Shown: piece by piece, positions 50,667 to 62,600 of the stretch
Layout of the letters: the number at the start of each line of letters is the position of its first letter
Position numbering within the stretch: position 1 is the first letter of the stretch
NCBI GenBank assembly: GCA_963674595.2
Contig: CAXXFV010000008.1
Coordinates: forward strand, 96,001-160,000
Length of the DNA: 64,000 bases
Direction of reading: 5' to 3'
Source: a bacterium
GTDB lineage: Bacteria; Zhuqueibacterota; Zhuqueibacteria; Residuimicrobiales; Krinioviventaceae
The notes under the pieces: model-generated
Seen by the model: the letters and a program-made list of their open reading frames with translations, nothing else
The model's database searches: none
What the model was told of the DNA's origin: nothing
Position numbers and translations under genes: made by a program

Positions 50667-52805
50667 TTAAAAATGTTTCAAGATATCATCCTCTGATGAT
50701 GCTGTAAGAGAATCTCCTTTACTAAATGGAATTATCTTTTCCGGATCAGTATCTTTAGAATTTCCGTTTTTTGTAAGGTTTATGGGTTTACGTTCCTGAT
50801 GACTAACAGTGTTGTGGTATTTCGGACCTTTGTCATTATAAGAAAAATTTTCTCTACTTAATTGGTAAACGGCAACAAGGCTGCGCATTTCTTCAGCCTG
50901 ACTGGATAACTCTTGTGCGGCGCTTGCTGATTGTTCAGAATTAGCTGCATTTTGCTGAGTGACCTGATTCATCTGGTCAACGGCGGTATTGATCTGATCA
51001 ATACCTTCGCTTTGCTGTTCAGAAGCAGTTGCAATTTCAGCCATCATTTCGCCGACTTTGTTCACATTTTCGGTTGTTTTGTTTAATATTTTTGTGACTT
51101 CAACATTAAGGTTAACACCGTTATCCGCGTTTTTAACAGCTTCCTGAATCATCGATGCCGTGTCTTTCGCCGCCTCTGCACTGCGCATTGCCAAATTACG
51201 AACTTCTTCGGCCACAACGGCAAATCCTTTGCCTGCTTCACCGGCTCTTGCGGCTTCAACGGCTGCATTAAGGGCCAGCAGATTGGTTTGAAAAGCGATC
51301 TCGTCGATTGTTTTAATGATTTTTGCTGTTTCATCTGAAGAGTTTTTAATTTGACTGATGGCATCAGAAAGATTGTTCATGCTTTCGCTTCCCTGCGCTG
51401 CAAATTCACGTGCTCTTTCGGAAGTTGTTTTCGCTTCTTTAGCTGTTGAAGCATTTTGTTTTGTCATGGCAGACATTTCCTGCAGGTTGCTGGAAACTTC
51501 TTCCAACGAGCTGGCTTGTTCCGAAGCTCCCTGGGCAACAGCCTGGCTGCCGGTTCCGATTTGGTCTGAAGCTGAAGCAACCTGGTCCGAAGCTACGGCT
51601 ACCTGTTGCATGCCATCATCCAGGTTGGCGACAGCCATATTGAGTGCATTTTTAATTTTTAAAAAAGAACCTTCATAATCACCTGTCATTCTTGGCGTCA
51701 GGTCTTTATTGGCTAACTTTTCCAACACCGCTAACACTTGTTTTACCGGTGCGGCTACACTGTCTAACGTACCGTTTATACCTTTGATGATTTTTTGAAA
51801 ATCTCCGCTAAATTGACTTTCATTTGCACGTTTTTCCAGCTCTCCATGAATAGCGGACTCTGCCAATTCGTCAACAGAAGTTATCATTGCTTTAATTCTG
51901 TCAGTCATTTGAAGCATGGCATTACCCAAAATATCCCGGTCTGATTGAATATTTAAGGTGAATTCCAAATTTCCATCAGCAATATTTTTAGCTGCCAAAG
52001 TTTTTTCATTTAAAGAATTGCTTAATTCATGGAAAGAGTTGGCCAAATCTCCTATTTCGTCTTTTTGGGTAATATTGGTTTCCTGGGCTATGTCTCCCTT
52101 ACTCAAAGCATGGGCTGTTTTGGTTATTTTGAAAAGCGGACGATTTATCAGAATGGTAATGGTTGTAATAATTCCAATTGCCAAAACGAAACTAATAATA
52201 ATAACCAAAATTATCCCAAAGGATGCCCCTTTTGTAATTTCAATAGAATTTTTATAGTCTTTATCCGTTAGGTTGAGGTTGATTTCGGTTAATTTATCCA
52301 AATTATCACGCATAATTTCAAATTTTACTGCCGCATCATGTGTGCTTAATTCCAATGCCAACTGCTTACCGGCCTCGGTGCCGTTCATACAATTATCAAC
52401 CACTCTTTGAGAAATAACTTGCCACGCTTTATAGTCCTGATAAAATTTTTCTGCTAAAACTTTTTCTTGTTTTGTTGTAGACAAATTTTCATATTTTTTA
52501 AATCTTTCAAGGGCCTGATCACGATTTGTTTGATACGCTTCTAAAAGAGCATTAAAATCATTTGATTGTGGGTCGGTTACTATCATGCTTCTTTCAGCTA
52601 TTAATAATTGATGAAGGTCCCTGTCTGCTTCCAATAAAAAGTCCATACTTGGTATGCGCTGATAAAAAATGTTATTAACAAGTTCGTGTATCTTGTTTAC
52701 GCTTTTAAGGCCAACAACACCAATAATTAGCATTAGAAACAGAATTATAGAAAAACCGACTGCCAGTTTGTATTTTACTTTTAGATTCTTTAGCCAGTTG
52801 AACAT
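50667..52805 (-). CDS. Methyl-accepting chemotaxis protein (4HB sensor, HAMP domains)
   Basis: Two TM segments; [40 protein letters not shown]. Confidence 0.95.
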   Translation of the reverse strand: MFNWLKNLKVKYKLAVGFSIILFLMLIIGVVGLKSVNKIHELVNNIFYQRIPSMDFLLEADRDLHQLLIAERSMIVTDPQSNDFNALLEAYQTNRDQALERFKKYENLSTTKQEKVLAEKFYQDYKAWQVISQRVVDNCMNGTEAGKQLALELSTHDAAVKFEIMRDNLDKLTEINLNLTDKDYKNSIEITKGASFGIILVIIISFVLAIGIITTITILINRPLFKITKTAHALSKGDIAQETNITQKDEIGDLANSFHELSNSLNEKTLAAKNIADGNLEFTLNIQSDRDILGNAMLQMTDRIKAMITSVDELAESAIHGELEKRANESQFSGDFQKIIKGINGTLDSVAAPVKQVLAVLEKLANKDLTPRMTGDYEGSFLKIKNALNMAVANLDDGMQQVAVASDQVASASDQIGTGSQAVAQGASEQASSLEEVSSNLQEMSAMTKQNASTAKEAKTTSERAREFAAQGSESMNNLSDAISQIKNSSDETAKIIKTIDEIAFQTNLLALNAAVEAARAGEAGKGFAVVAEEVRNLAMRSAEAAKDTASMIQEAVKNADNGVNLNVEVTKILNKTTENVNKVGEMMAEIATASEQQSEGIDQINTAVDQMNQVTQQNAANSEQSASAAQELSSQAEEMRSLVAVYQLSRENFSYNDKGPKYHNTVSHQERKPINLTKNGNSKDTDPEKIIPFSKGDSLTASSEDDILKHF

Positions 52806-52864
52806 AATTCTTCCTTTCTGGTATTTCGTTCTGTTAAATTTATTAAAAAATTATTTTTTGTTAT

Positions 52865-53851
52865 TTAAAATGCTCCTTGAAACAGGGCTAAAAATGCACT
52901 GCTGCCGTCAGTATCTGAAATGATATAGTTGAGCTGTATTTTAGACTCGTTGTGTTTTTTAGGATTCAGGAAAAAGTTACAGCCAAGGGTTATATCCTGT
53001 CTATCGGCATCGTCATTGGTTACATCTCTATTTTCTAATTTTATAATAGGTTCCATCGTTGGAGTAACCAAATAACCGCCTTGAAGGTAATACGAGCTGC
53101 CATCGGAGGATTCATTCTGTTTATCAGATCGGGATAAATATTCTGCTTTACAGCACAGTTTGGAGGTTAAATTATATTGTAGACCAAGACCTAAAACATT
53201 GATCCTTTCCTGGTTTTCCACACTGGTTAAAGCGGAACCAAAAGAAACTTCTGTATAAATATTGTCAATTGGGTTACAATGGAGCCGGCTTGCCAGTGTA
53301 TAATCTGCACCTTTTGTGGGATCTCCAACGTCGTTTGCTTTATTGGGGCCGGCATTAAATGCACCCAGAGCAATGCCCATTTTCATTGATCCAATATTGT
53401 TTTTGTGTATCATTGCACCTGTATCAAAATGAAATACAAAAGATTGTCCCAGGCCGCGTTTTACAAAATCAAGTTTTGATGCTGCCGTATTCCATTCCAT
53501 TCCAAACGGTACTTTAAATTTTCCAACTGTAAAATTTATGTCTGCAACTGTTTTGAATGTAAGCTGGGCAAATTTAATAATACCCGGAGTATCTCCATCA
53601 TTTCCAATTTCATCATTTGTGTCTGTAAAGTCAACAAGAAGTTTATAATCGGCATATTCATTTAAGGAGCCTTTGGCACCCAAACGTACACGTTCAAAAC
53701 CAAATACAAAAGCTTTATTACCTTCATTTAATGATGCAGTTGTTTGAATATAGCCGTTTAGTTTGATGTTGGGTTGGGAGAGTAGCGTAGAGCAGAAGAG
53801 AATGAGTACGATAAATATTGTAAATAGTGTGTAAGATTTTAGGTTTAGCAT
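52865..53851 (-). CDS. Porin (phosphate-selective porin O/P-like)
   Basis: Signal peptide; LNGYIQ, FERVRLGAKG, VGKFKVPFGME; amphipathic strands; terminal Phe. Confidence 0.7.
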   Translation of the reverse strand: MLNLKSYTLFTIFIVLILFCSTLLSQPNIKLNGYIQTTASLNEGNKAFVFGFERVRLGAKGSLNEYADYKLLVDFTDTNDEIGNDGDTPGIIKFAQLTFKTVADINFTVGKFKVPFGMEWNTAASKLDFVKRGLGQSFVFHFDTGAMIHKNNIGSMKMGIALGAFNAGPNKANDVGDPTKGADYTLASRLHCNPIDNIYTEVSFGSALTSVENQERINVLGLGLQYNLTSKLCCKAEYLSRSDKQNESSDGSSYYLQGGYLVTPTMEPIIKLENRDVTNDDADRQDITLGCNFFLNPKKHNESKIQLNYIISDTDGSSAFLALFQGAF

Positions 53852-53942
53852 TATTACGGTGCTCCTAACTTTTACCTGATCTATTTAGCTGCTTTATGTT
53901 GTAACCGAGATTGATTTATAAGATCTGTTTATATTTTGTTTT

Positions 53943-53998
53943 TTAATTATTGCATCAGTCATACTTTGCCTAAAAATGTATGACTGATGCGTAATTAA
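53943..53998 (-). terminator. Terminator-like hairpin between the MCP and the porin
   Basis: Perfect 13-bp stem GCATCAGTCATAC (53952-53964) / GTATGACTGATGC (53978-53990), extended by TTAATTA/TAATTAA. Confidence 0.65.
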
Positions 53999-54005
53999 TC
54001 AACGG

Positions 54006-56417
54006 CTAAAAATGTTTTAAAATATCATCATCTGCTGATGCTGGAAGAGCATTTCCATTGCTAAATGGAATGACTTTTTCCGGATCACTATCTTTAGAAT
54101 TTCCGTTTTTTGCCAGGTTTATAGGTTTAGGTTCCTGATGTCTAACAGTGTTTTGGAATTTCGATCCTCTGTTATTATAGGAAAAACTTTCTTTGCTTAA
54201 TTTGTAGGCTGCAACCAGGCTGCGCATCTCTTCTGCCTGACTGGATAGTTCTTCGGCGGCGCTTGCTGATTCTTCAGAGTTTGCAGCGTTTTGCTGTGTG
54301 ACCTGATTCATCTGGTCTACGGCGGTATTAATCTGGTCAATACCTTCGCTTTGCTGTTCAGAAGCGGCGGCAATTTCAGCCATCATTTCGCCGACTTTGT
54401 TTACGTTTTCGGTTGTTTCATTTAATATTTTAGTAACTTCAACGTTAAGATTAACGCCGTTATCCGCGTTTTTAACAGCTTCCTGAATCATCGATGCCGT
54501 GTCTTTTGCCGCTTCTGCACTGCGCATCGCCAAATTACGAACTTCTTCAGCCACAACGGCAAATCCTTTGCCTGCTTCGCCGGCTCTTGCTGCTTCTACG
54601 GCTGCGTTAAGGGCCAGCAGATTGGTTTGAAAAGCGATCTCGTCGATTGTTTTAACGATTTTTGCTGTTTCATCTGAAGAGTTTTTGATTTGACTGATGG
54701 CATCAGAAAGATTGTTCATGCTTTCGCTTCCCTGCGCTGCAACTTCACGTGCTCTTTCGGAAGTGGTTTTCGCTTCTTTGGCTGTTGAAGCATTTTGTTT
54801 TGTCATGGCAGACATTTCCTGCAGGTTACTGGAAACTTCTTCCAAAGAACTGGCTTGTTCGGATGCTCCCTGGGCAACAGCCTGGCTGCCTGTTCCGATT
54901 TGGTCTGATGCTGATGCGACCTGATCAGAAGCTATGGAAACTTGCTGCATACCTTCATCGAGGTTTGAAACGGCTGTATTGACGGCATTTTTAATTCGGG
55001 CATAGTCACCTTTATAATCGCCTAAAATTCTTGCTGATAAATCACGATTCGCTACACGGTCTAATACATCGGCAGCCTCATTTATCGGGCCTACAACGGC
55101 ATCCAGCGTGTTGTTGATGCCGTTAACGATATTGCCATATTCACCAGCATGTTTGCTTTGATCGGCGCGTATTGAAAGTTGACCTTCAACCGCAGCATCT
55201 GCCAGCATATTAACATCCTCCACCATGTGGCCTACACTTTGTTTCATGGTAATCATTGCATTACCAAGAACATCGTCACTGGAAGCGGCTTCGACGTTGA
55301 CGGAAAAATCACCGGCGGCGATGCTTTCTGCTGCCTGTACTTTTTCACGCAAAGAGCCGATCATTTTGTTAAAAGATGAGATCAACTGGCCTATTTCATC
55401 ATCACGTTTGGCTTTAATGTCTACGTTTATATCACCAAGAGCCAGTTTGTCGGCAACAGTAACGGCATCCTGTAATGGTTGTAATCGTTTAATGAGGAAT
55501 ATTGCGATAAATCCACCGATAAGTATAAGCAATAAAACACCAATTGTTGCGGTTGTTTTTGCCATTTTTGTAGCTTCTGCTGAAATGTCTGATACATAAA
55601 TTGTTGCAGCAACATAATGACCGAATTCTTTATTTTCAATAGCTGTTAAAATTTTATTTTTGCCTTCCCAGGTGTATCGAACCAAAGTTTCACCTTTAGA
55701 ATTCAGCATTTGTTTACCCCAGTCATATTGATTTACATCTAAAGTAAAAATCTGTTTTTTATCAGGGTGTGCGAATGTCTTTCCTTCCTGATTTGTTACA
55801 AAGGCATAACCGGTTACACCCATGGTTAATTCGCTAACCAGCCTATAGGAAAAGCTCCCAACATCAACCGGCAAGCCAAGTATACCAATAACTTCGTTAT
55901 TGTCCATAACAGGAGCTGTTACCACCTTAACGATCATTCCGTTTACAGGTGATTTGTTGATATCACTTACATGGACCTTACCAGCCAAAGAGGAAGTAAT
56001 ATTATCATTAAAGCCGGTATTACGCCATTTTAGACCTTTGGAGCCGATTCCCGGATCCGCGACAATTTCAGTGTTCTCTTCGGCGGTTGAGAGGAATACG
56101 TTTTCATAAATTCCCTTTTCATTATAAAAGGTTTTTAATAATGACGAAGCATCATCATAGTTACCGGTTTTCATTGCATCGATGATGGTTTTGTTTTTTG
56201 CTAAAAAGAGAGCGTTGTGTTTTTGGTCTTCTATAAAGTTAACGAGCTGACGATCAATATCTTTATTAAAATTTAACAACTGGTTAATAAATGCTTCTTC
56301 GACAGCGTGGTATGCCGACCTGTAGGAAATGATCCCACTAACGGCTATTAAAACGATAAAGCTGAATACAACTATAATCGTTAATAGGTTTTTTAAACTT
56401 TTAAAAATGTTTTTCAT
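54006..56417 (-). CDS. Methyl-accepting chemotaxis protein (dCache sensor, HAMP domains)
   Basis: Two TM segments; Cache motifs [16 protein letters not shown]; MCP signalling signature. Confidence 0.95.
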   Translation of the reverse strand: MKNIFKSLKNLLTIIVVFSFIVLIAVSGIISYRSAYHAVEEAFINQLLNFNKDIDRQLVNFIEDQKHNALFLAKNKTIIDAMKTGNYDDASSLLKTFYNEKGIYENVFLSTAEENTEIVADPGIGSKGLKWRNTGFNDNITSSLAGKVHVSDINKSPVNGMIVKVVTAPVMDNNEVIGILGLPVDVGSFSYRLVSELTMGVTGYAFVTNQEGKTFAHPDKKQIFTLDVNQYDWGKQMLNSKGETLVRYTWEGKNKILTAIENKEFGHYVAATIYVSDISAEATKMAKTTATIGVLLLILIGGFIAIFLIKRLQPLQDAVTVADKLALGDINVDIKAKRDDEIGQLISSFNKMIGSLREKVQAAESIAAGDFSVNVEAASSDDVLGNAMITMKQSVGHMVEDVNMLADAAVEGQLSIRADQSKHAGEYGNIVNGINNTLDAVVGPINEAADVLDRVANRDLSARILGDYKGDYARIKNAVNTAVSNLDEGMQQVSIASDQVASASDQIGTGSQAVAQGASEQASSLEEVSSNLQEMSAMTKQNASTAKEAKTTSERAREVAAQGSESMNNLSDAISQIKNSSDETAKIVKTIDEIAFQTNLLALNAAVEAARAGEAGKGFAVVAEEVRNLAMRSAEAAKDTASMIQEAVKNADNGVNLNVEVTKILNETTENVNKVGEMMAEIAAASEQQSEGIDQINTAVDQMNQVTQQNAANSEESASAAEELSSQAEEMRSLVAAYKLSKESFSYNNRGSKFQNTVRHQEPKPINLAKNGNSKDSDPEKVIPFSNGNALPASADDDILKHF

Positions 56418-56454
56418 TTTTTTCTCCTTGGCCTCTATGCTAAATATTTATTTT

Positions 56455-56979
56455 TTAAGCTACTGCTTGTTCCTGTTTTGTGTTTTGTGCCATTTTTTCT
56501 ACTGATTTTAATTCTTCTTTGGTTAATACTTTATCTATATTTAACAGAATTTTCACATTTTTTTCTGTTTTACCAATTCCAAGAATAAAGTCCGTAGTGA
56601 TGTTGGTTCCAAAATCCGGAGCTTCTTCTATTGAATCTCCAGGAATATCTAATACTTCAGATACTTTGTCCACAACAATTCCCATCTCCACTCCGCGTAC
56701 CTGCACATCAATAATAACTGTTTCTTCGTTCTGTTCCTGATTTGTCATATTGAATTTGGACCGCAAATCCATAATCGGTAAAATTTTCCCTCTCAGGTTA
56801 ATCAAACCTAATATGAAATCCGGAGTTTGTGGGATGGGCGTTGGTGGGATGAACCCGACAATTTCCACAACTTTAAGAATTTCCAATGCATATTCTTCTG
56901 TTCCGAGGAAAAATGTTAGATATTTACCGCCAAGATCAAATGTGCGGTTAACAACCGCTTCATTTTTTGTACTAGCCAT
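56455..56979 (-). CDS. cheW: Chemotaxis coupling protein CheW
   Basis: KYLTFFLGTEEYAL, GLINLRGKILPIMDLR, GIVVDKVSEV; AGGAG RBS before ATG 56979. Confidence 0.93.
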   Translation of the reverse strand: MASTKNEAVVNRTFDLGGKYLTFFLGTEEYALEILKVVEIVGFIPPTPIPQTPDFILGLINLRGKILPIMDLRSKFNMTNQEQNEETVIIDVQVRGVEMGIVVDKVSEVLDIPGDSIEEAPDFGTNITTDFILGIGKTEKNVKILLNIDKVLTKEELKSVEKMAQNTKQEQAVA

Positions 56980-57022
56980 ATTTAACTCCTTTTCCATGTC
57001 TTTTTTTTATTTTAAACTTAAA

Positions 57023-58027
57023 TTATACTAAAATGTGTATACAGGTTTCAGATTGTTTTTCTATTGTCATTGTCCCTTCAAGTTGTGTCTGAACAATGAG
57101 TGAAACCATATTTAGACCCAATGTGTGTATGTTCCCAATATCAAAAGAGTCCGGAAATCCGACTCCGTTATCGTAAACAGATAATTCTATACGATTTGAT
57201 TTGTTTCTGTGGAGGTTGATGGTGATAGTATTATCTTTATTTTTTCTATTTTCAAATGCATGTAGCACTGCATTATTAATCAGTTCATATATAACAATTC
57301 CCCAGGGAACCGCATCGTTGATACTGACATAAATTGGATTCAAGTTGAATTTAGTTTTTATTTTAATATTATCCGGTGCACTAAACAACAAGTCTTTTGT
57401 TTGTTGTTTTATATATTTTTCAAGGTTTAAACCAACAAAGTTTTCAGAGCTGTAGAGTTTTTCATGAACCATTGCAATGGCTTGAATTCTTTGATATGTT
57501 TTACTGAGAATATCTTTTGCTTCCTGGTTGCTTATATGGTATTGCTGTAGTTTAATCAGGCTGTTGATAAGCTGAAGGTTGTTTTTAATGCGATGATGGA
57601 TCTCTTTGACTAAAATTTGATTTTCTTTTGAAAGTTTGTTGTATTTTGTTTTTACATTTGGATGGCGATAGAATTTTGTTTCTATATCTTCCAAAGTATT
57701 TAAAAATGTTTTCAGATCTATTGGCTTTCTCATGAAAGCATAAGCACCATGATTAACTGCTTCAATTGCGTTATCCGTATCGGCAAAACCCGTCAGAATA
57801 ATAACCGGTAATCCTGGTTTTTGTTGCTGGGCTTCTTTTAAAACGTCTATACCATTCATGCCGGGCATTTTATAATCTGTAATGATGGCATCAAAATTAT
57901 CCTGCTTAAACTTTTCAATCGCTTTTCGGGGATTGCTATACATTACACATTCGTGCCCCCCCGGTTCAATAGCTTCTTTTAAACTGAGAGTTACATCTTT
58001 TTGATCGTCTATTAACAATAATTTCAT
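57023..58027 (-). CDS. Hybrid receiver-HisKA_2 histidine kinase
   Basis: IDD, ITDYKMPGMNG, LTG, RKP; EIHHRIKNNLQ; ELINNAVLHAF; DNGVG. Confidence 0.9.
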   Translation of the reverse strand: MKLLLIDDQKDVTLSLKEAIEPGGHECVMYSNPRKAIEKFKQDNFDAIITDYKMPGMNGIDVLKEAQQQKPGLPVIILTGFADTDNAIEAVNHGAYAFMRKPIDLKTFLNTLEDIETKFYRHPNVKTKYNKLSKENQILVKEIHHRIKNNLQLINSLIKLQQYHISNQEAKDILSKTYQRIQAIAMVHEKLYSSENFVGLNLEKYIKQQTKDLLFSAPDNIKIKTKFNLNPIYVSINDAVPWGIVIYELINNAVLHAFENRKNKDNTITINLHRNKSNRIELSVYDNGVGFPDSFDIGNIHTLGLNMVSLIVQTQLEGTMTIEKQSETCIHILV

Positions 58028-58086
58028 TGGGCATCCTGTAAAACGTTATTTTTTTCTCAGCAGATTAGTGCTTATGTTTAGACTTT

Positions 58087-58102
58087 AGCAGGATTTGTGC
58101 CA
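58087..58102 (-). promoter_or_regulatory. Sigma-54 (-24/-12) promoter
   Basis: TGGCACAAATCCTGCT with GG-N10-GC spacing, about 60 nt upstream of the REC-kinase/cheW/MCP genes and directly downstream of an NtrC-type gene. Confidence 0.75.
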
Positions 58103-58245
58103 GTTTTTAAATTTTGGTTGTTTCTTTTGTGTAATATGTTGTAAATTTTGAAAATAGGTGGGCATGTTTTTGAATGGATGTTCAAAATAATAAAAGCTAA
58201 AAATTTAAAATCCGTTGATTTTGTATACCAAATGGTATATCTGTT

Positions 58246-59694
58246 TTATATTATTTTTTTCAGGTAGGTATGTAATGTTCTTACTGAAATTCCCAGGTAT
58301 TGAGCAGTTTTGGTTTGGTTTTTTTCAAATTTTTCATAGGCGCTTTTAACAATTGACAGCGTCAGGTCTACAATATTAATACCTTCTTCCGGCAATCGAT
58401 ATGAATCGGGACCGAGAGTTAAATTTTCTTCAGAATTACCGGATTTTTTATTAATACCCATTAATACGGCATTAATATGATGTTCTGTAATTATTTCATC
58501 GTCCCACAAAAGAGTGATTCGCTCAATTGCATTTTTTAATTCACGGACATTTCCCGGCCAATTGTATTCTTTAAAAGTATTTTGAGCCTGCTCGCTAATA
58601 CTATAAAATTGTGTTTTCTTTTCAGAATAAAGTTTTTCTAAAAACATAAGCGCCAATGGTATAATTTCCTCTTTTCGTTCCCGTAATGGCGGAATTCGAA
58701 TATAACCGACGCTTAGACGGAAATACAAATCTTCCCGAAATGTACCCTCCTGTACTTGTTGTTTCACATCTCTGTTTGTTGAGCAAACAAAACGTGCTGT
58801 TGATTTTATTTTTTTCAAACCTCCTACGCGAAAAAATTCATTTTCCTGTAAAATGCGTAGCAGCTTGGCCTGGTGCTCTATCGGCATTTCTGTTATTTCA
58901 TCTAAAAAAATAGTTCCGGTTGCTGCAATTTCGATTTTTCCTTTTTGACCTTTCGGATTACCGCCCGTAAATGAACCGGCTTCATAACCAAAAAGTTCAC
59001 TTTCAAATAAATTTGATGTGATTGCAGCGCAATTTACCCCTATAAAGGGAGTGGTAATATCGCCATCACCAAAGTGAATGTATCGGGCAACCAGTTCTTT
59101 TCCTGTACCTGTTTCACCTTCTATAAACACGGGTATTTGTGGATTTTTGTGTAAACGTTTGGCCGTGTCAAAAACACTAATCAGCGCTTTGGAAAAAATT
59201 CCTATCTGGGCCGTTCCCACTTCTCTCAAGTAAGCTTGACGTATCGTTTTTAATTCGTCCTGTGTACGTTTATTGCTTTTTTCGAGTTTTTTCAAGTCTT
59301 TTGAAAGTTTAATATTTTCAGATTTTAATTTATTAAATTCTTCAAGCCGGTTTATAATTTCTGCAAGTTCTCTTACATCAATTGGTTTTAACAGATAATC
59401 ATAAGCTCCGTCCCGCATGGCTTGTACGGCTTTTTTAATATCTCCATGTCCTGTAAAGAGGAGAACCTCAATATGTGCCAGTTCCTTTTGTGATTTTATC
59501 TCCTTTAGTAAATTATAGCCATCCATTATGGGCATTTTAATATCAGACAAAACCAGGTCTAATTTTTCTTGGCTTAATGTTTTTAGGGCTTCTTCACCGT
59601 TTTCATTTTGAATGATTATATGCCCGATACTTGTAAGAAATTCACTCAAGCTGGAACGAATGCTTTCATTATCTTCAACGAGTAAGATTTTCAT
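58246..59694 (-). CDS. Sigma-54-dependent response regulator (NtrC family: REC-AAA+-HTH)
   Basis: GETGTGKE, ESELFGYEAGSFTGG, IFLDEI, FREDLYFRL, WPGNVREL, NQTKTAQYLGIS. Confidence 0.94.
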   Translation of the reverse strand: MKILLVEDNESIRSSLSEFLTSIGHIIIQNENGEEALKTLSQEKLDLVLSDIKMPIMDGYNLLKEIKSQKELAHIEVLLFTGHGDIKKAVQAMRDGAYDYLLKPIDVRELAEIINRLEEFNKLKSENIKLSKDLKKLEKSNKRTQDELKTIRQAYLREVGTAQIGIFSKALISVFDTAKRLHKNPQIPVFIEGETGTGKELVARYIHFGDGDITTPFIGVNCAAITSNLFESELFGYEAGSFTGGNPKGQKGKIEIAATGTIFLDEITEMPIEHQAKLLRILQENEFFRVGGLKKIKSTARFVCSTNRDVKQQVQEGTFREDLYFRLSVGYIRIPPLRERKEEIIPLALMFLEKLYSEKKTQFYSISEQAQNTFKEYNWPGNVRELKNAIERITLLWDDEIITEHHINAVLMGINKKSGNSEENLTLGPDSYRLPEEGINIVDLTLSIVKSAYEKFEKNQTKTAQYLGISVRTLHTYLKKII

Positions 59695-62600
59695 CTGATA
59701 TTTCCTTTGTTTTCAATGGGTAGGACGACTGTAAATCTGGCTCCGCCGTTTTTATTGTTACTAACTTTAATTTTCCCATCAAGGTTTGTTAAAATGTTTT
59801 GCACAATTGCCAAACCAAGCCCCATGCCTTCTTCTTGTATTTTTGTTGTAAAGAAGGGATCAAATATTTGCTCAAGCCGCTCTTCATCTATCCCGGGCCC
59901 GTTATCAATAACTTCCATTGTACATTGTTCCGTATCAGAATGAGTTTGTATTATAATCTGTTTCTTTGGCATGGAAACTGTATCCAGAGCGTGCAGTGAA
60001 TTTGTGATTAAATTAATGACGACCTGCTCAAGAGGTGTATCACTCCCCAACACCGGTTTTAATTCTGTTTCTAATTTTAAAATCAGATCGACATTATGAG
60101 ATTTTAATCGCTGGCTGACAAGAGTGCTGGCTCGTTTAATAATTTCGTTCAGGTCAACAGCAGTTGGTACCATTTTTTCCTGTCTTGTTAAGGAACGCAT
60201 ATGTTTTATAATTTGGTCAATTTTTCCTGCCTGTTCCGAAATAAATTCCAGATTTTTTAAAATATTCTTTTGTAACGTTTGTGGGTCTTTTTCTCCCCAA
60301 TATATTAGTCCATCCACTTTGACTTTAAGAGCGGTTAACGGCTGATTAATTTCGTGAGAAACACCCGCTGTTAGTGTTACCAGTGAACCAAATCTTTGCG
60401 CCCGTTCTGCCAATCGTTGTGCTTCGAGTGCTTTTTTTCGTTCTGTAATATCTCGAATAAAAACAAAAGAAGATGGCTTGCCATAATAGAGGACTTTGCC
60501 GGCATTTAGTTCTGCATCAAAAATTTTTCCATTTTTATGTTTTACCTTAATTTCGTAAATCATTGGGGGCGATTGATTGGAAATTCTATCATTATAATGG
60601 CTTTTTAGTATTTTAAAACTTTCCGGCGCCACTAATATTTCATAAGGTTTATCTATTATTTCCTCTTTTTGATAGCCAAACATTCTGCAAAATGCCGCAT
60701 TAACAAATTTTATTTTATTATTTTGTACTATAACAATACTATCGTATGCACGCTCAACCAGGTATCTGTATTTTTCCTCATTTTCGATCAGGGCTTTTTC
60801 GGTTTTTTTCATTTCCGTAATATCACGGGCTGAAGTTATAACAGCTTTTACATCACCGTCTTCAGAGAATTCAGGAATAAGCTGCCAATCAATCCATGTG
60901 TTGTTTGGCAGTTGAAATTCGATACGGTGTGGTTTTCTTCTAAGAAAAACATTTCTGATCGAGTTGTCCCATAAATGGACAAGATGTGAAGGAAATCCCA
61001 TCTCTGTATGTGTTTTGCCGATAAATTTTTCCCATGAAATACCTGTTTGATATTCAACAATTGGATTTACATAAAGGTGGCGTCCTTTGGAATCGAACCG
61101 CATAATGGTGTCTAATGAATTTTCGGCCAGAGCACGAAATTTTTCTTCACTTTCTCTTAAATTTTTTAGAGTTATCAGGTTACTCAAAACATCGGATATT
61201 CTTCTGCTTATTTCAATGAAAAGTTGTTTTTCCTCATTGACCCATTCATGTTCTTTTTTATAATGTTGAATGACAAATAGCCACGGTTTGTCTGTTTTAG
61301 GGTGTAACGACATCATTAATTGAGCTTTAACAGGCTTTGTTCCTATAAATTGTGCGAGCTCTGTTTTTGTAGTTTGGGCAATTAATTCATGCCTTTCCAG
61401 GGATAGTTTAAAGGTATTTGCTACTTTTGGGTCAACAGTAATTAATTTATCTATATCTTTTTCAATATTATCCGTAGTATATATAAACTCTATATTTGAA
61501 GTATTAATCGATGGTAAACAAGGATTTATTAGAAAAGCACATTCACATGCAAATATTTTTGTAACTGTTTTCAAGATATTGTCAAATATAGTGTCCATAT
61601 CAGAAGTTTTGCTGATAGCCTTTTCTATATCTTCCATACTTTCCAAAAAGTGAAGGTGCCGTAAGCGTTCATTTTCTATTTGCTTTCGTGTTGAAATATC
61701 TCGAATAACTGCTTGAAGGACCATCTCTCCGGCAAGCTCTATTCGTTTAAGGGACACTTCTGTATCAACTGTTTTCCCACTGAGTGTAAGATGCTGCCAT
61801 TCGAAATGTTGAGGATGACCGTTCAATACATTTTGTATTATTTCTTTGGCCAGTGTTTCTGAATTCTTTTTATTTTGCTGAAATGCAGGAGATAGTTCGT
61901 ACACGGGAATGTTTAATATATCTTTTTTATCTCCTTCGAAAAGTTTTAAAGCTGCCTGGTTACAGTCAAATGGTTTGCTCCCCCTTAAAAGAAAGATAGC
62001 ATCTTCTGCCGCTTCAAATAATGTATGGTATTGATTTTCACTTTGTTTTAAAGCCTCTTCTGCATTTTTACGTTCTGTTAAATCCGTACAGAACAGGTAG
62101 TAAAAATATCCGCCACGGTTGTTTGGTATAATCGTGTATTTGTTTTGAATATAACGTTTGGTTCCATTTTTATGGGAGATCCAAAATTCGGATTTTTTCG
62201 GTAACAATTCTGAAAGATCGCTATTCTTTTTCTCCTGAACCAGCTTGCGGTCTTGAGGAGATAAAAATTCATTTATAGAAAATTTGCCTATGGTATCGCT
62301 TGCAAGACCCCATATTTCAGAAATTCTATTATTTAAATAGACTATTTTATTGTTTTCAAAGATAATTACACCATCTTGAGTATTATCTGCCATACTTCGG
62401 AATCTGTTTTCACTATATCTCAATGCAGTTTCTGATTGTTGTTGAAGAAGAGCGTTTCCGATAACCTGAGAAAACATTTTTAATAGTTTATGATCAAATC
62501 CTTGCAGAGCATAAGATCGATTAATATTATCAAATCCGATATAACCGCTTAGCCTTTTCCCTGAATAAACCGGAAATACAATAAGTGATTTTATTTCCTG

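Larger units (their letters stand above)
50667..54960 (-). repeat. Duplicated MCP 3' region (about 50667-51620 and 54006-54960)
   Basis: Near-identical nucleotide sequence at a constant offset of 3339 nt, including the C-terminal tail ending DDILKHF. Confidence 0.85.
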
